From an uncultured Eubacteriales bacterium (GTDB lineage Bacteria > Acidobacteriota > Aminicenantia > Aminicenantales > Saccharicenantaceae): a DNA stretch of 64,000 nt. The stretch spans positions 24,165 through 88,164 of the forward strand of contig CAYQZX010000029.1 in the NCBI GenBank assembly GCA_964422165.1. Direction: 5' to 3'. The notes under the pieces were generated by a model. The model was not told the origin of the DNA, did not search any database, and worked only from the letters and a program-made list of their open reading frames with translations. The translations under genes were made by a program, and so were the position numbers. Below, piece after piece: positions 55,977 to 64,000 of this stretch (its first letter is position 1; each line of letters begins with the position of its first letter).

Positions 55977-58916
55977 TCATTTCTCTTTTTTGGCCTCAGA
56001 TTGCTCTTTCTCTCCCTGCAGAATCAGTTGTCTGATCCTTTCTTTAAGGTGGTCTTTAAGCTTCAGGTAAGGAATTCCTTCCTGCCACCAATCCGGAGCT
56101 GGCTTGCCCATCAGATGATGGTCGAAAAATTCTTTCATCCTCACTGTATAGTCTTTACGGTTGGCGGGCTTTTGCAGACCGTGATTTTCTCCAACATACT
56201 GCAGCATCACCACCGGTTTTTTAAGACGGCGAAGTGTATTGTAGTATTCTATTCCCTGATTGAAGACCACGGCTCCGTCTTTATCATTGTGGAGAAGAAG
56301 AAGTGGAGTCTGAACTCTGGTAGCATAATAAACCGGAGAATTCCGGGTATAAGCCTCCAGATTATCCCAGTAGCCACCACTAAACCGGCCCTGACTGCTC
56401 TCAAAAATGGGCTGGTTGGCCGAACCGGTATTCCAGTAAATAGAGCTGTACATGGAAATCATATTAGTCAGCGGGGCTCCGGCCACGGCCGCCCGAAAAA
56501 CTTCGGTTTGAGTAATCAGAAAGGCCGTCTGATAACCACCCCAGGAATGGCCGTGAATCCCGATTCTTTCCGGGTCGACTATTCCGGCGGCCACCGCCGC
56601 TTCAACTGCCGGCAGAACACACCAGACAGCCGACATCCCCGGGTCATTGATGGTGTAGGTTATATCAGGCATCAACACTGCATAACCCTGACTGGTGTAA
56701 TATGACTTATTAAAACCATTGGCAGTCGGCAGAAAATAGCGATTTAAGTTCTGGGAAAGCTTCTCGTAGATATAAACTATGGTCGGGTATTTTTGACCCT
56801 CCTGGTAATTAGCGGGAAGGAACAAAGCAGCCTGAAGTTTTTTTCCTTTAGTGCTGATGTAATCAAGCAGTCGGACACCCGAAGACCAGAGAAATTGACT
56901 CTGCTGGGGGTTAGCTTCAGTAATCCGGGTGGCCGGATTCAGACCTGGCCCGGCAGCATAGAAATCAGGAAAATCGCTATGAGTTTCTCTGGTGAACAGA
57001 TAGCGCTCAGCTTTCCTGGCTTTAAGCAGGCGGTTAAACTGGGCCTCATCCCAGAGCAAAAGCTCCCTGATTTTCCTGAGCGCATCCACCCTGACTATCC
57101 CCTGCTTTTTAGTCCATTCACCATAAACCTGAAAATACTGGGGCAGGCTGAGGTCTATACCTTTTTCCTCCGGGTCCAGGACAAATCTTCTCTGATAGCG
57201 AAGCTGCTCTTTAAACCCGTTTTGAGTCAGGTTAACCCCCTGCTGCCCTCGAGCTCCAACCAGCCAGACGTCCCAGCCATCAGAAAGCAGTACCCAGCGG
57301 CTGTCCTTTGACCAGCCGATAGGTCTATCTGGAGGCTGCTCTACGTTATGGTCATCATCCTCGTTGACAAAAGAAGCTGGAAGTCCATAGGTCAGGTTAT
57401 AAGTCTTTCCAGAAGCCAGCTCGTAGCTGAAAAAGTGCCCGCCTTCATAAAAAAGAAAATAGGAGCCATCGGGAGAAAGGTCGTAAGACCAGCGGTTCTT
57501 CTTAAGAATGAGCTTTCGATTGCCTGTCTTGAGGTCCACCAGGTAAACATCCTGGAAACGCTGGCCACTCAGGTTGGACTCCAACTCGTAAGGCTCTCTA
57601 TCAAAGCCGAGAGCCAGGCTGGATTTTCTGGCAAGCCTGATTTCTCTAAGCTCATCATCGGCCAGACGAACGAACTTTTTCTCTTTCACCCGGTAAATAG
57701 CAAGATAGCTGTAAGTTGCATCAAGCTTTTCTTCAACCTGCTGCTGGGATTGAAGTCGGGGGTCCTTCCAGTGCCAGAGAATCAGGTCCGGCATATCTTC
57801 CTCTTCAATCTCTTCGGGTTTCTGAATTGACTGTGATTTTCTCTCCGCCTCTTCTTTTTTCTCTGAACTTTCCGGAGCCCGGGCTTTGGTTTTAATCTTT
57901 TTCAGACCGAAAGCAATTGCCTGATAATCTTCGAGCCAGTAAGGAGCCAAATCAGGGCTGAGGCTGAACCCTTCGGGAAAAGCAGGGTCGTTTCTGGGGT
58001 CATATTCAATTTTTTCCAGGTTATCCAACCCGGTCAACCTGAAAGCCAGCAAACTGTAGAGTTTATCCTCATACTTCTGATCTTCTGTTCCTTTTAACCC
58101 GACCAGAGCTTGACCATTCTCATCCCACTTCAGATGTTTATACCAGAAACGACCGGAATCAAGAGTTTTAAGCTGGCCATTTTTCAGATTCTTAAGCATC
58201 AAACCATTTCCGGTTCGATCCTGGGCCTCTACCAGAAAGGCCAGCCAGAAACCGGAACTGTCAAAGGAAAATTCAGAGACGTTGCCAAAATTTGTTTCGC
58301 TGCCTGAATTAAGATCCCTTAAAATCAGGTCGGAGCCTGACCATTTATCTTTTTCCTTTTCCTGGTTCTCGGGAACCAGACGGTGTAGAGCTAAATAGCG
58401 AGAACTTTCTCCGGAAAGAGCAATTCTCCTGATTTTTGTCCATTCAGTCTTTTCCCCGCTATTCAAATTGACCAGGAAGGCCCGGGGCTCAACTCTCTTC
58501 TTTTCCCGGCGCAGTTTTTTCATTTCCTGAGTGCCCGGGTAGGTCAGAAATGAGACCCAGTTTGAGTCTTCAGAGATAATTATCACTTCATTGAAATTTC
58601 GAGAGACCTGGCCCAGATTAAAACGGTATTCTTTTTTGCCTTCAATTTCCTTGATCAATAACTCGCTGTCACCTTCGTTGGGAGTCAGAACATATAGCAA
58701 CCAGCGGCCATCTGAAGAAATCTGCCCAAAGCTAATTGTTTTCCAGCTTAGAATGTCCTGCAAATCAATCGGACGGAGAGATGTCTTCTCCGGGTGGGCA
58801 ATCTGAGGAACTGAAGATAGAAGCCAGACACTCAGCATAATCAAAGAGACGGTAAGCAAAATAAATTTTAAGAAGTTAAGCCTTAAGAAACTTATTGTTT
58901 TAACATGTTTATTCAT
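55977..58916 (-). CDS. S9-family serine peptidase (prolyl oligopeptidase/dipeptidyl-peptidase-like) with N-terminal beta-propeller
   Basis: The nucleophile is GIHGHSWGGY, with later HNDKDGAV and GENHGL. A signal anchor is present. ATG 58916 with a caggag SD is preferred over GTG 58979. Confidence 0.85.
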   Translation of the reverse strand: MNKHVKTISFLRLNFLKFILLTVSLIMLSVWLLSSVPQIAHPEKTSLRPIDLQDILSWKTISFGQISSDGRWLLYVLTPNEGDSELLIKEIEGKKEYRFNLGQVSRNFNEVIIISEDSNWVSFLTYPGTQEMKKLRREKKRVEPRAFLVNLNSGEKTEWTKIRRIALSGESSRYLALHRLVPENQEKEKDKWSGSDLILRDLNSGSETNFGNVSEFSFDSSGFWLAFLVEAQDRTGNGLMLKNLKNGQLKTLDSGRFWYKHLKWDENGQALVGLKGTEDQKYEDKLYSLLAFRLTGLDNLEKIEYDPRNDPAFPEGFSLSPDLAPYWLEDYQAIAFGLKKIKTKARAPESSEKKEEAERKSQSIQKPEEIEEEDMPDLILWHWKDPRLQSQQQVEEKLDATYSYLAIYRVKEKKFVRLADDELREIRLARKSSLALGFDREPYELESNLSGQRFQDVYLVDLKTGNRKLILKKNRWSYDLSPDGSYFLFYEGGHFFSYELASGKTYNLTYGLPASFVNEDDDHNVEQPPDRPIGWSKDSRWVLLSDGWDVWLVGARGQQGVNLTQNGFKEQLRYQRRFVLDPEEKGIDLSLPQYFQVYGEWTKKQGIVRVDALRKIRELLLWDEAQFNRLLKARKAERYLFTRETHSDFPDFYAAGPGLNPATRITEANPQQSQFLWSSGVRLLDYISTKGKKLQAALFLPANYQEGQKYPTIVYIYEKLSQNLNRYFLPTANGFNKSYYTSQGYAVLMPDITYTINDPGMSAVWCVLPAVEAAVAAGIVDPERIGIHGHSWGGYQTAFLITQTEVFRAAVAGAPLTNMISMYSSIYWNTGSANQPIFESSQGRFSGGYWDNLEAYTRNSPVYYATRVQTPLLLLHNDKDGAVVFNQGIEYYNTLRRLKKPVVMLQYVGENHGLQKPANRKDYTVRMKEFFDHHLMGKPAPDWWQEGIPYLKLKDHLKERIRQLILQGEKEQSEAKKEK

Positions 58917-59256
58917 CACAGGCTCCTGAAATTTATTTTCTCCATGGTCTTTAAATAACTTTTTCCGGCGAAAAACCACCCGCTTCTGGTTTGAACAATC
59001 ATTTTTGCCAACAGCTTATAATTTTTACCCTTTCCAGGTCAAACAGAACTTGTTTTGTGAGGCAGTAAAATTAACCTGGAGGTTGCCTCAGCCAGGCCTG
59101 AAGGTTGCGGAAATCTTATGAATTACCGTTTTCCAAATAACCGATTTTATCTGCTAAAGAATACAAAATCCGACTCGCTCGATTTCTCTTTATTAAATCT
59201 AAGGCACTTTATAGATAGTCTTCTTTATTCCCAATCTTTTAGCCTCAAAGTTTCAT

Positions 59257-60351
59257 TCAATTACTTTCGGGATTTTCACTGGACTGGCCGGTTTCTGGAG
59301 GGTGAGTTTCCTGCTCTTCAAAAGCAATCAGATCAGCCTCTTTTTTTAAGAGCCAGAATCTTTCAGGAAGTACCGGAGGCAAGCCAGATGGTCCCATATC
59401 CACTTCTTCAACTGACACTTCCCCAAAAATCGCTTTCTCTTCTTCCAGGTGGTTACGCTTAAAGTAATTTTCAAATTGAGAACGGCTCAAATAGTTTAGC
59501 CGTCTCAGGGTCCGCAGCATCGCCGGGGTACTAACTCCAAAGTATCTCTTGAGAAAGAGAACTTGGGGATAGGTCAGACGTCTGGATCTTACGTCTTTCT
59601 CCACCAGCTCTTTTACTTTTGACTGGGGAATGAGAAAATGAGTGGCAAAAGCCTGAGCAAATTGCTCCCTGGGCGAATAAAGCGTTACATATTCATCTAC
59701 CAGGACATCCAGATTATCAACGACCGGAGATTCGTCCCGGTCCCGGAGATAATGGCAGTAAAGATGGGCGGCCGCCACCACCTGCTTGCCCGCAGAGAGG
59801 CTGGAATTAACCAGGGCAAAAGCCGCTTCTTTGTCTTCTAAAAAGACAAAGATTCCGGAAATTCTTGATTCCTCAGGGAGACTCATCCTGAGGAAGTGGC
59901 AGCCGTTGACTTCCCCCAGGCGGAAAATATCGCGGATTGGTTCGTTACCCAATCCGAGACGGCGCCTTTCCTCTTCAGCCATATTTTGTGGAGACTGACT
60001 TCCGGAGTAAAGCGGAGACAGCTGAAGGTGACGTCCGGTTCGGGCTTCAAGCTCCAAGTACTCCTCACATTTTTTCTGAAAATTAACGATGACTTTTTTG
60101 GTAGCTTCATCTATCTTTTCACTGGCCAGAAGGATGGCAAACGGATTTTCCCGGCTTTCCAGAAAATAGGAAATATTTTTTTGAAAAAACTTAGAAATTC
60201 TGTTGAGAGCGATGATGGAAGGAGTTCTTTTTCCCGCTTCCAGAAGAGAAATATATTCAGAGGAAAGTCCTACAGCTTCGCCCAGCTCTTCCTGAGTAAG
60301 GCCCGATTCTTCTCTGAGCTTTTTAAGTCGGGCAGCGAAAAGCTCGTTCAT
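59257..60351 (-). CDS. XRE-family HTH regulator fused to a degenerate ImmA/IrrE (M78)-like domain
   Basis: The N-terminal LKKLREESGLTQEELGEAVGLSSEYISLLEAGKRTPS is an HTH_XRE. The central VVAAAHLYCHYL occupies the place of the HExxH motif, with Glu replaced by Leu (59752-59766). Confidence 0.72.
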   Translation of the reverse strand: MNELFAARLKKLREESGLTQEELGEAVGLSSEYISLLEAGKRTPSIIALNRISKFFQKNISYFLESRENPFAILLASEKIDEATKKVIVNFQKKCEEYLELEARTGRHLQLSPLYSGSQSPQNMAEEERRRLGLGNEPIRDIFRLGEVNGCHFLRMSLPEESRISGIFVFLEDKEAAFALVNSSLSAGKQVVAAAHLYCHYLRDRDESPVVDNLDVLVDEYVTLYSPREQFAQAFATHFLIPQSKVKELVEKDVRSRRLTYPQVLFLKRYFGVSTPAMLRTLRRLNYLSRSQFENYFKRNHLEEEKAIFGEVSVEEVDMGPSGLPPVLPERFWLLKKEADLIAFEEQETHPPETGQSSENPESN

Positions 60352-60385
60352 CTGTTATCTCCCCTCCAAACTTTTCGCCCTATAA

Positions 60386-60400
60386 TTAACAATTTGTTAA
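60386..60400. promoter_or_regulatory. perfect palindrome TTAACAA-T-TTGTTAA, candidate operator
   Basis: It lies 35 nt upstream of the XRE regulator ATG, immediately downstream (on the gene strand) of a perfect TTGACA hexamer (60406-60411, minus strand). Confidence 0.4.
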
Positions 60401-60789
60401 CATATTGTCAAGTTTAAATTTATCCTTTGCCTGAGGTTAGGAATTTTAACTAAATTATTAAAGCCAGAATAAATAGAATTATTCTGGTCAAAACAATGGG
60501 AAATTACTCAATCCCAATAATTTGTAATGATGCCGGCCATCTTCGGATTCAGCAAAAGTTTTTATGGAAACTGAATTTAATAAGGCAGTTTTTACCAGAA
60601 AATTTAGAGGTTGTATAAGATGTTAATCTTTTTTACATAGAGTAAAAAGCCAAACTGGGGTTGCATATGCCAGAACTTCAATGATTCTTAAAGCCAGAGA
60701 GAAACAGGACAATTAATTTTCCGGCGCGGAAACCGGACCCTGAGGCAAAAAATTCTATCTCCAGGCTAACTTTAAGAGCTGAAACTGGC

Positions 60790-61299
60790 TCAGTCCCGGT
60801 ATTGCTTTTTCCAGAGGTCATAATAACTGAGAGCGTGTTCCCGCAGGTGCTGGATTTCCTCCTTGGTCAGGGTGCGGGCCACTTTGGCCGGATTACCGAG
60901 TATGAGCGTGCCTGAGGGAAAAGTCTTACCGGGAGGGACAAGAGCCCCGGCCGCCACCAGGCAGTTATCCGGGATGATGGCCCGGTCCAGGACCACTGCT
61001 CCCATGCCAATGAGGGTGTTATCCCCTATCTTACAGGCATGAAGGATGGCTCCGTGGCCTACGGTAACGTAGTCGCCCAAGATAGTGGGGGTATCATAGT
61101 CAACATGAATGACACAGTTGTCCTGGACGTTAGAATATTCGCCGATGACGATGTCGGCGATATCGGCCCGGAGAACAGCGTTGTACCAGACGCTGGCTCC
61201 TTTTTTTAGCACAACCCGGCCGATGACAACAGCCTTATCAGCCACAAAGGTATCCGGGTGGATAACAGCTGGCTCTCTATTTTTGTCTTCTTTCATCAT
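60790..61299 (-). CDS. gamma-class carbonic anhydrase family / hexapeptide-repeat (LbH) protein
   Basis: 169 aa with left-handed beta-helix hexapeptide repeats and conserved His in CVIHVD and VGHGAILH. Confidence 0.85.
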   Translation of the reverse strand: MMKEDKNREPAVIHPDTFVADKAVVIGRVVLKKGASVWYNAVLRADIADIVIGEYSNVQDNCVIHVDYDTPTILGDYVTVGHGAILHACKIGDNTLIGMGAVVLDRAIIPDNCLVAAGALVPPGKTFPSGTLILGNPAKVARTLTKEEIQHLREHALSYYDLWKKQYRD

Positions 61300-61537
61300 A
61301 ACCTCTATTCAAGTGTTTTCTTCCGATTTTTGAATCGAAGTTTATCATAAAAAAACCTCAATTATCAATTCCTGATTGACAGAGCTTTATAAATAATAAA
61401 TCTGGAATTTCTGTTGCCCTGGATTAAATTAAGAAACAATTTTCTTTATGGTTTTGCATAGAACTAAAATTTTCTTTCTCTTGTTGATTTTGTTGAATTT
61501 AAGGTTATATGATTAATAAGGATTCAGACTCTAATTT

Positions 61538-62569
61538 ATGATTATAAAAATAACAGACCCTACAGAACAAAAAAACTGGGACAATCTGATAGCAGTTCGG
61601 TTTAACGGCGATATTTTTCATTCATCAGCCTGGGCCAGAGTCCTTAAAGAGACCTATCATTTTTCCCCGGTTTACCTAATGCTAATAGACAACTCTAAAC
61701 CCGGAGCGATTATTCCTATCTTTGAGATAAAAAGCATTTTAACCGGCAACAGAGGTGTTAGCATACCTTTTACTGATTTTTGCAATTTTCTGGCTGCAGA
61801 TGAATATAACCTCTCTTCACTTATTACATACGCTCTTAACTATGGTCGGGAGCGTAACTGGAGATACCTTGAATTCCGGAGTCTTAATTTTCCTCAGAAG
61901 GCGCCGCCCTTTTATTTTTTTTACACCCACGAGATAGATTTAACCAGCTCACCCGCCAGACTCTGGTCCTCGCTCAAAGACGCCAACAGAAGAAACATTA
62001 AGAAAGCAGTAAGGGAAGGCCTGAAAATTAAATTTGAGGACAGTTTATCTGCTCTGAACCAATTTTACAGGTTTCAAATTATAACCAGAAAGAGACATGG
62101 TTTACCCCCTCAGCCCTTTAAGTTTTTCAAATCCATATACGAAAATATGATATTACAGAACCTGGGAGTCATTGTGTCAGCATATTATTCCGGGAAAACA
62201 GTGGCTTCGGCTATTTTCTTTGGCTTTAATAAGAAAGCTATTTTCAAATTTGGGGCGTCAGACCCAAAGTATCATCATCTTCGACCGAACAATTTAATCA
62301 TGTGGGAAGCTATTAACTGGCACCGAGAACGTGGTTTTCAACTCTTAAACCTTGGTCGGACTGAACAAAAAAATCAAGGGCTTCTAAATTATAAGAGATT
62401 GTGGGGCGCAAAAGAAATGGAGCTTAAATATTACAGGTTTGCCTTTAAGCCAAATTCTTTTATCAGTTCTTCGACTTCCCTACCATCAATTATACCTTTT
62501 GCCATCAAATACTTTCCTGACTCAATTTTGACCCTCATCGGTAAGCTTCTCTACAGGCATCTGGGCTGA
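61538..62569 (+). CDS. FemAB-like GNAT acyltransferase (aminoacyl/peptidyl-transferase family)
   Basis: 343 aa. FHSSAWARVLKETY.., ..RRNIKKA.. and ..NNLIMWEAINWHRERGFQLLNLGRT.. resemble the FemAB-related / PEP-CTERM-associated GNAT family. The call is from memory. Confidence 0.65.
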   Translation: MIIKITDPTEQKNWDNLIAVRFNGDIFHSSAWARVLKETYHFSPVYLMLIDNSKPGAIIPIFEIKSILTGNRGVSIPFTDFCNFLAADEYNLSSLITYALNYGRERNWRYLEFRSLNFPQKAPPFYFFYTHEIDLTSSPARLWSSLKDANRRNIKKAVREGLKIKFEDSLSALNQFYRFQIITRKRHGLPPQPFKFFKSIYENMILQNLGVIVSAYYSGKTVASAIFFGFNKKAIFKFGASDPKYHHLRPNNLIMWEAINWHRERGFQLLNLGRTEQKNQGLLNYKRLWGAKEMELKYYRFAFKPNSFISSSTSLPSIIPFAIKYFPDSILTLIGKLLYRHLG

Positions 62570-62780
62570 AAAGGTAACCTCCTCAGCGGGAAGCAACTGA
62601 AGCCTATAGCCAGATTAAGCTTGACAAATAACGGATACCAAATATAGCATAAATAATTGGGTAGTTAAGGAGGTTCATTCATTCAAAAATCAGGACTCTG
62701 GGTAAGCCAATGGGTTAAGTTTCTTTTTGAAGAGAGGGGTTTTTAAAAACAGCATGGGATAAATCTCAAAGGAACTGGGC

Positions 62781-63038
62781 ATGCAGACCAAAGAAAAAAT
62801 CAGAAGATTTCTAATATCTGATTTGCTCCAGGACAATGATATCTCGGCCATCAGTGACGACGATTCACTCATTGATTCTGGAATAATAGATTCTCATGGA
62901 ATAATGACCCTGATAGCCTACCTGGAAAAAGAATTTAAGATAAAAATCGGGCCTGAACACCTCCTACCAGAAAACTTTGAAAGCCTGATGGCCATTAGCA
63001 ACCTGGTAAATAATTTATTGACCGATAAGGGCAAATGA
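62781..63038 (+). CDS. acyl/peptidyl carrier protein
   Basis: 85 aa. The DSLIDSGIIDSHGIMTLIAYLEKEF helix-II region has a candidate phosphopantetheine Ser (IDSHG). Confidence 0.7.
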   Translation: MQTKEKIRRFLISDLLQDNDISAISDDDSLIDSGIIDSHGIMTLIAYLEKEFKIKIGPEHLLPENFESLMAISNLVNNLLTDKGK

Positions 63039-63042
63039 ACTG

Positions 63043-64000
63043 ATGGATTTTAACCTGTCAGAAGAACAGAAACAGCTAAAATCCACCATAATTAATTTTG
63101 CTCGGAACGAGCTAAATCAGGGCCTGGAAGAGAGAGAGAGGCTGGGCAGATTCCCTTCCGAACTGTGGAAAAAATGTGCAGCTCTGAACTTACTGGCTCT
63201 GCCTTTTGAAGAAGAATACGGTGGTTGCGGTTTCAGCTTTTTTAATACAGTTCTCGCTATAGAAGCCCTGGCTTATGGCTGTAAAGACGCCGGTCTGGTC
63301 CACGCTCTCGGCTCAACTCTGATTTCCGGCCTTTTGATTAAAATCTTTGGAACTGAAAATCAAAAGAAGAATATTCTGCCTAAACTGTGCCGTGGCGAAT
63401 TGATAGCTGCTCAGGCCATTACCGAACCAGAAGCTGGTTCAGACGTGATGTCGATACAGACCAGAGCCATTAAAGCCGAAAATAATTATCTACTGGATGG
63501 CCGGAAGATGTTCATTTCTAATGCTCCTATTGCTGATGTCTTTCTGGTTCTGGCTATAACCAATCCAGACCGAAAGAGCTTTGCTGCTCATTCCTTTTTA
63601 CTCTGCGAAAAATTCAGGCCCGGGGTTTCTCTTGGTAAACCTCTGGAGAAACTTGGATTAAGAACCCTCCAGAATAGCGAGGTCATTTTTGATCACTGTG
63701 AAATTCCTCTGGAAAATTTGATTGGCCAGGAAGGGCAAGGCATGTTTATCTTCAATGAAATGATGGAATGGGAAAGAATACTTTTTGCAGCCTGCCATCT
63801 CGGTACTTTAACTAGAATATTAGAGATGTGCCTGAAATACGCTACAGAAAGAAAACAGTTTGGTCAGCCAATCAGCAAATTCCAGTATATTTCGGGCAAA
63901 ATTGCCAGAATGAAAATTGCCGAAGAACTCATCAGAACCTATCTTTATAGATTAGCAATTGCCAAAGATCAGAACCAAAGGTTGACACTGGAAGCTTCGG
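63043..64000 (+). CDS. acyl-CoA (or acyl-ACP) dehydrogenase family protein, 3' end outside the window
   Basis: The ATG lies 5 nt after the carrier-protein stop. MDFNLSEEQKQLK.., AITEPEAGSDV and the WERILFAA region are typical ACAD motifs. The frame is open to nt 64000 and is absent from the ORF track because no stop is in the window. Confidence 0.88.
   Translation, partial: MDFNLSEEQKQLKSTIINFARNELNQGLEERERLGRFPSELWKKCAALNLLALPFEEEYGGCGFSFFNTVLAIEALAYGCKDAGLVHALGSTLISGLLIKIFGTENQKKNILPKLCRGELIAAQAITEPEAGSDVMSIQTRAIKAENNYLLDGRKMFISNAPIADVFLVLAITNPDRKSFAAHSFLLCEKFRPGVSLGKPLEKLGLRTLQNSEVIFDHCEIPLENLIGQEGQGMFIFNEMMEWERILFAACHLGTLTRILEMCLKYATERKQFGQPISKFQYISGKIARMKIAEELIRTYLYRLAIAKDQNQRLTLEAS

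Overview
This 64-kb chromosomal segment is densely coding, with about 50 CDS and 3 tRNAs, and has moderate GC by eye. Most of it is housekeeping. It holds the 3' end of era, tRNA-His, purine salvage genes (NCS2 permease, apt), tsaE and nnr. It also holds a gap-pgk-tpiA glycolytic operon followed by secG and tRNA-Leu(GAG), then hemW and tRNA-Arg(TCG). Further along are an AddAB-type helicase-nuclease pair, a RumA-type methyltransferase, rlmN, a PPi-type phosphofructokinase, nfi, rpoD and trxB. There are many envelope or secreted hydrolases (M14, C1, S9, M48, LD-carboxypeptidase, GH3). The family types, such as the VWFA-related secreted protein and the carboxypeptidase-regulatory-domain TonB-dependent receptor, suggest an Acidobacteriota/Aminicenantes-like organism; this is inference only. 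I found no CRISPR array, transposase, integrase, reverse transcriptase, rRNA or prophage hallmark. I do not see an unmistakable novel multi-gene system. The best candidates for follow-up are these. (1) A pseudo-receiver(D->E)-TonB_C fusion sits next to an M48 protease with two C-terminal zinc ribbons (22.3-26.3 kb). (2) A TonB-dependent-receptor-like gene has an exact sigma-54 promoter, an unusual SD-rich leader and a single in-frame TAA (18.7-21.9 kb). (3) A loose DNA-processing neighbourhood at 51.5-60.4 kb holds a very acidic small protein, a Pif1-type helicase with a WYL-like tail, a Cas4-like Fe-S PD-(D/E)XK nuclease, and an XRE regulator fused to a degenerate ImmA/IrrE-like domain with a palindromic operator. 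(4) A 995-aa exported protein ends in an FGE/C-type-lectin-like domain that lacks the catalytic cysteines. All functional calls rest on motif recognition by eye; no database search was possible.
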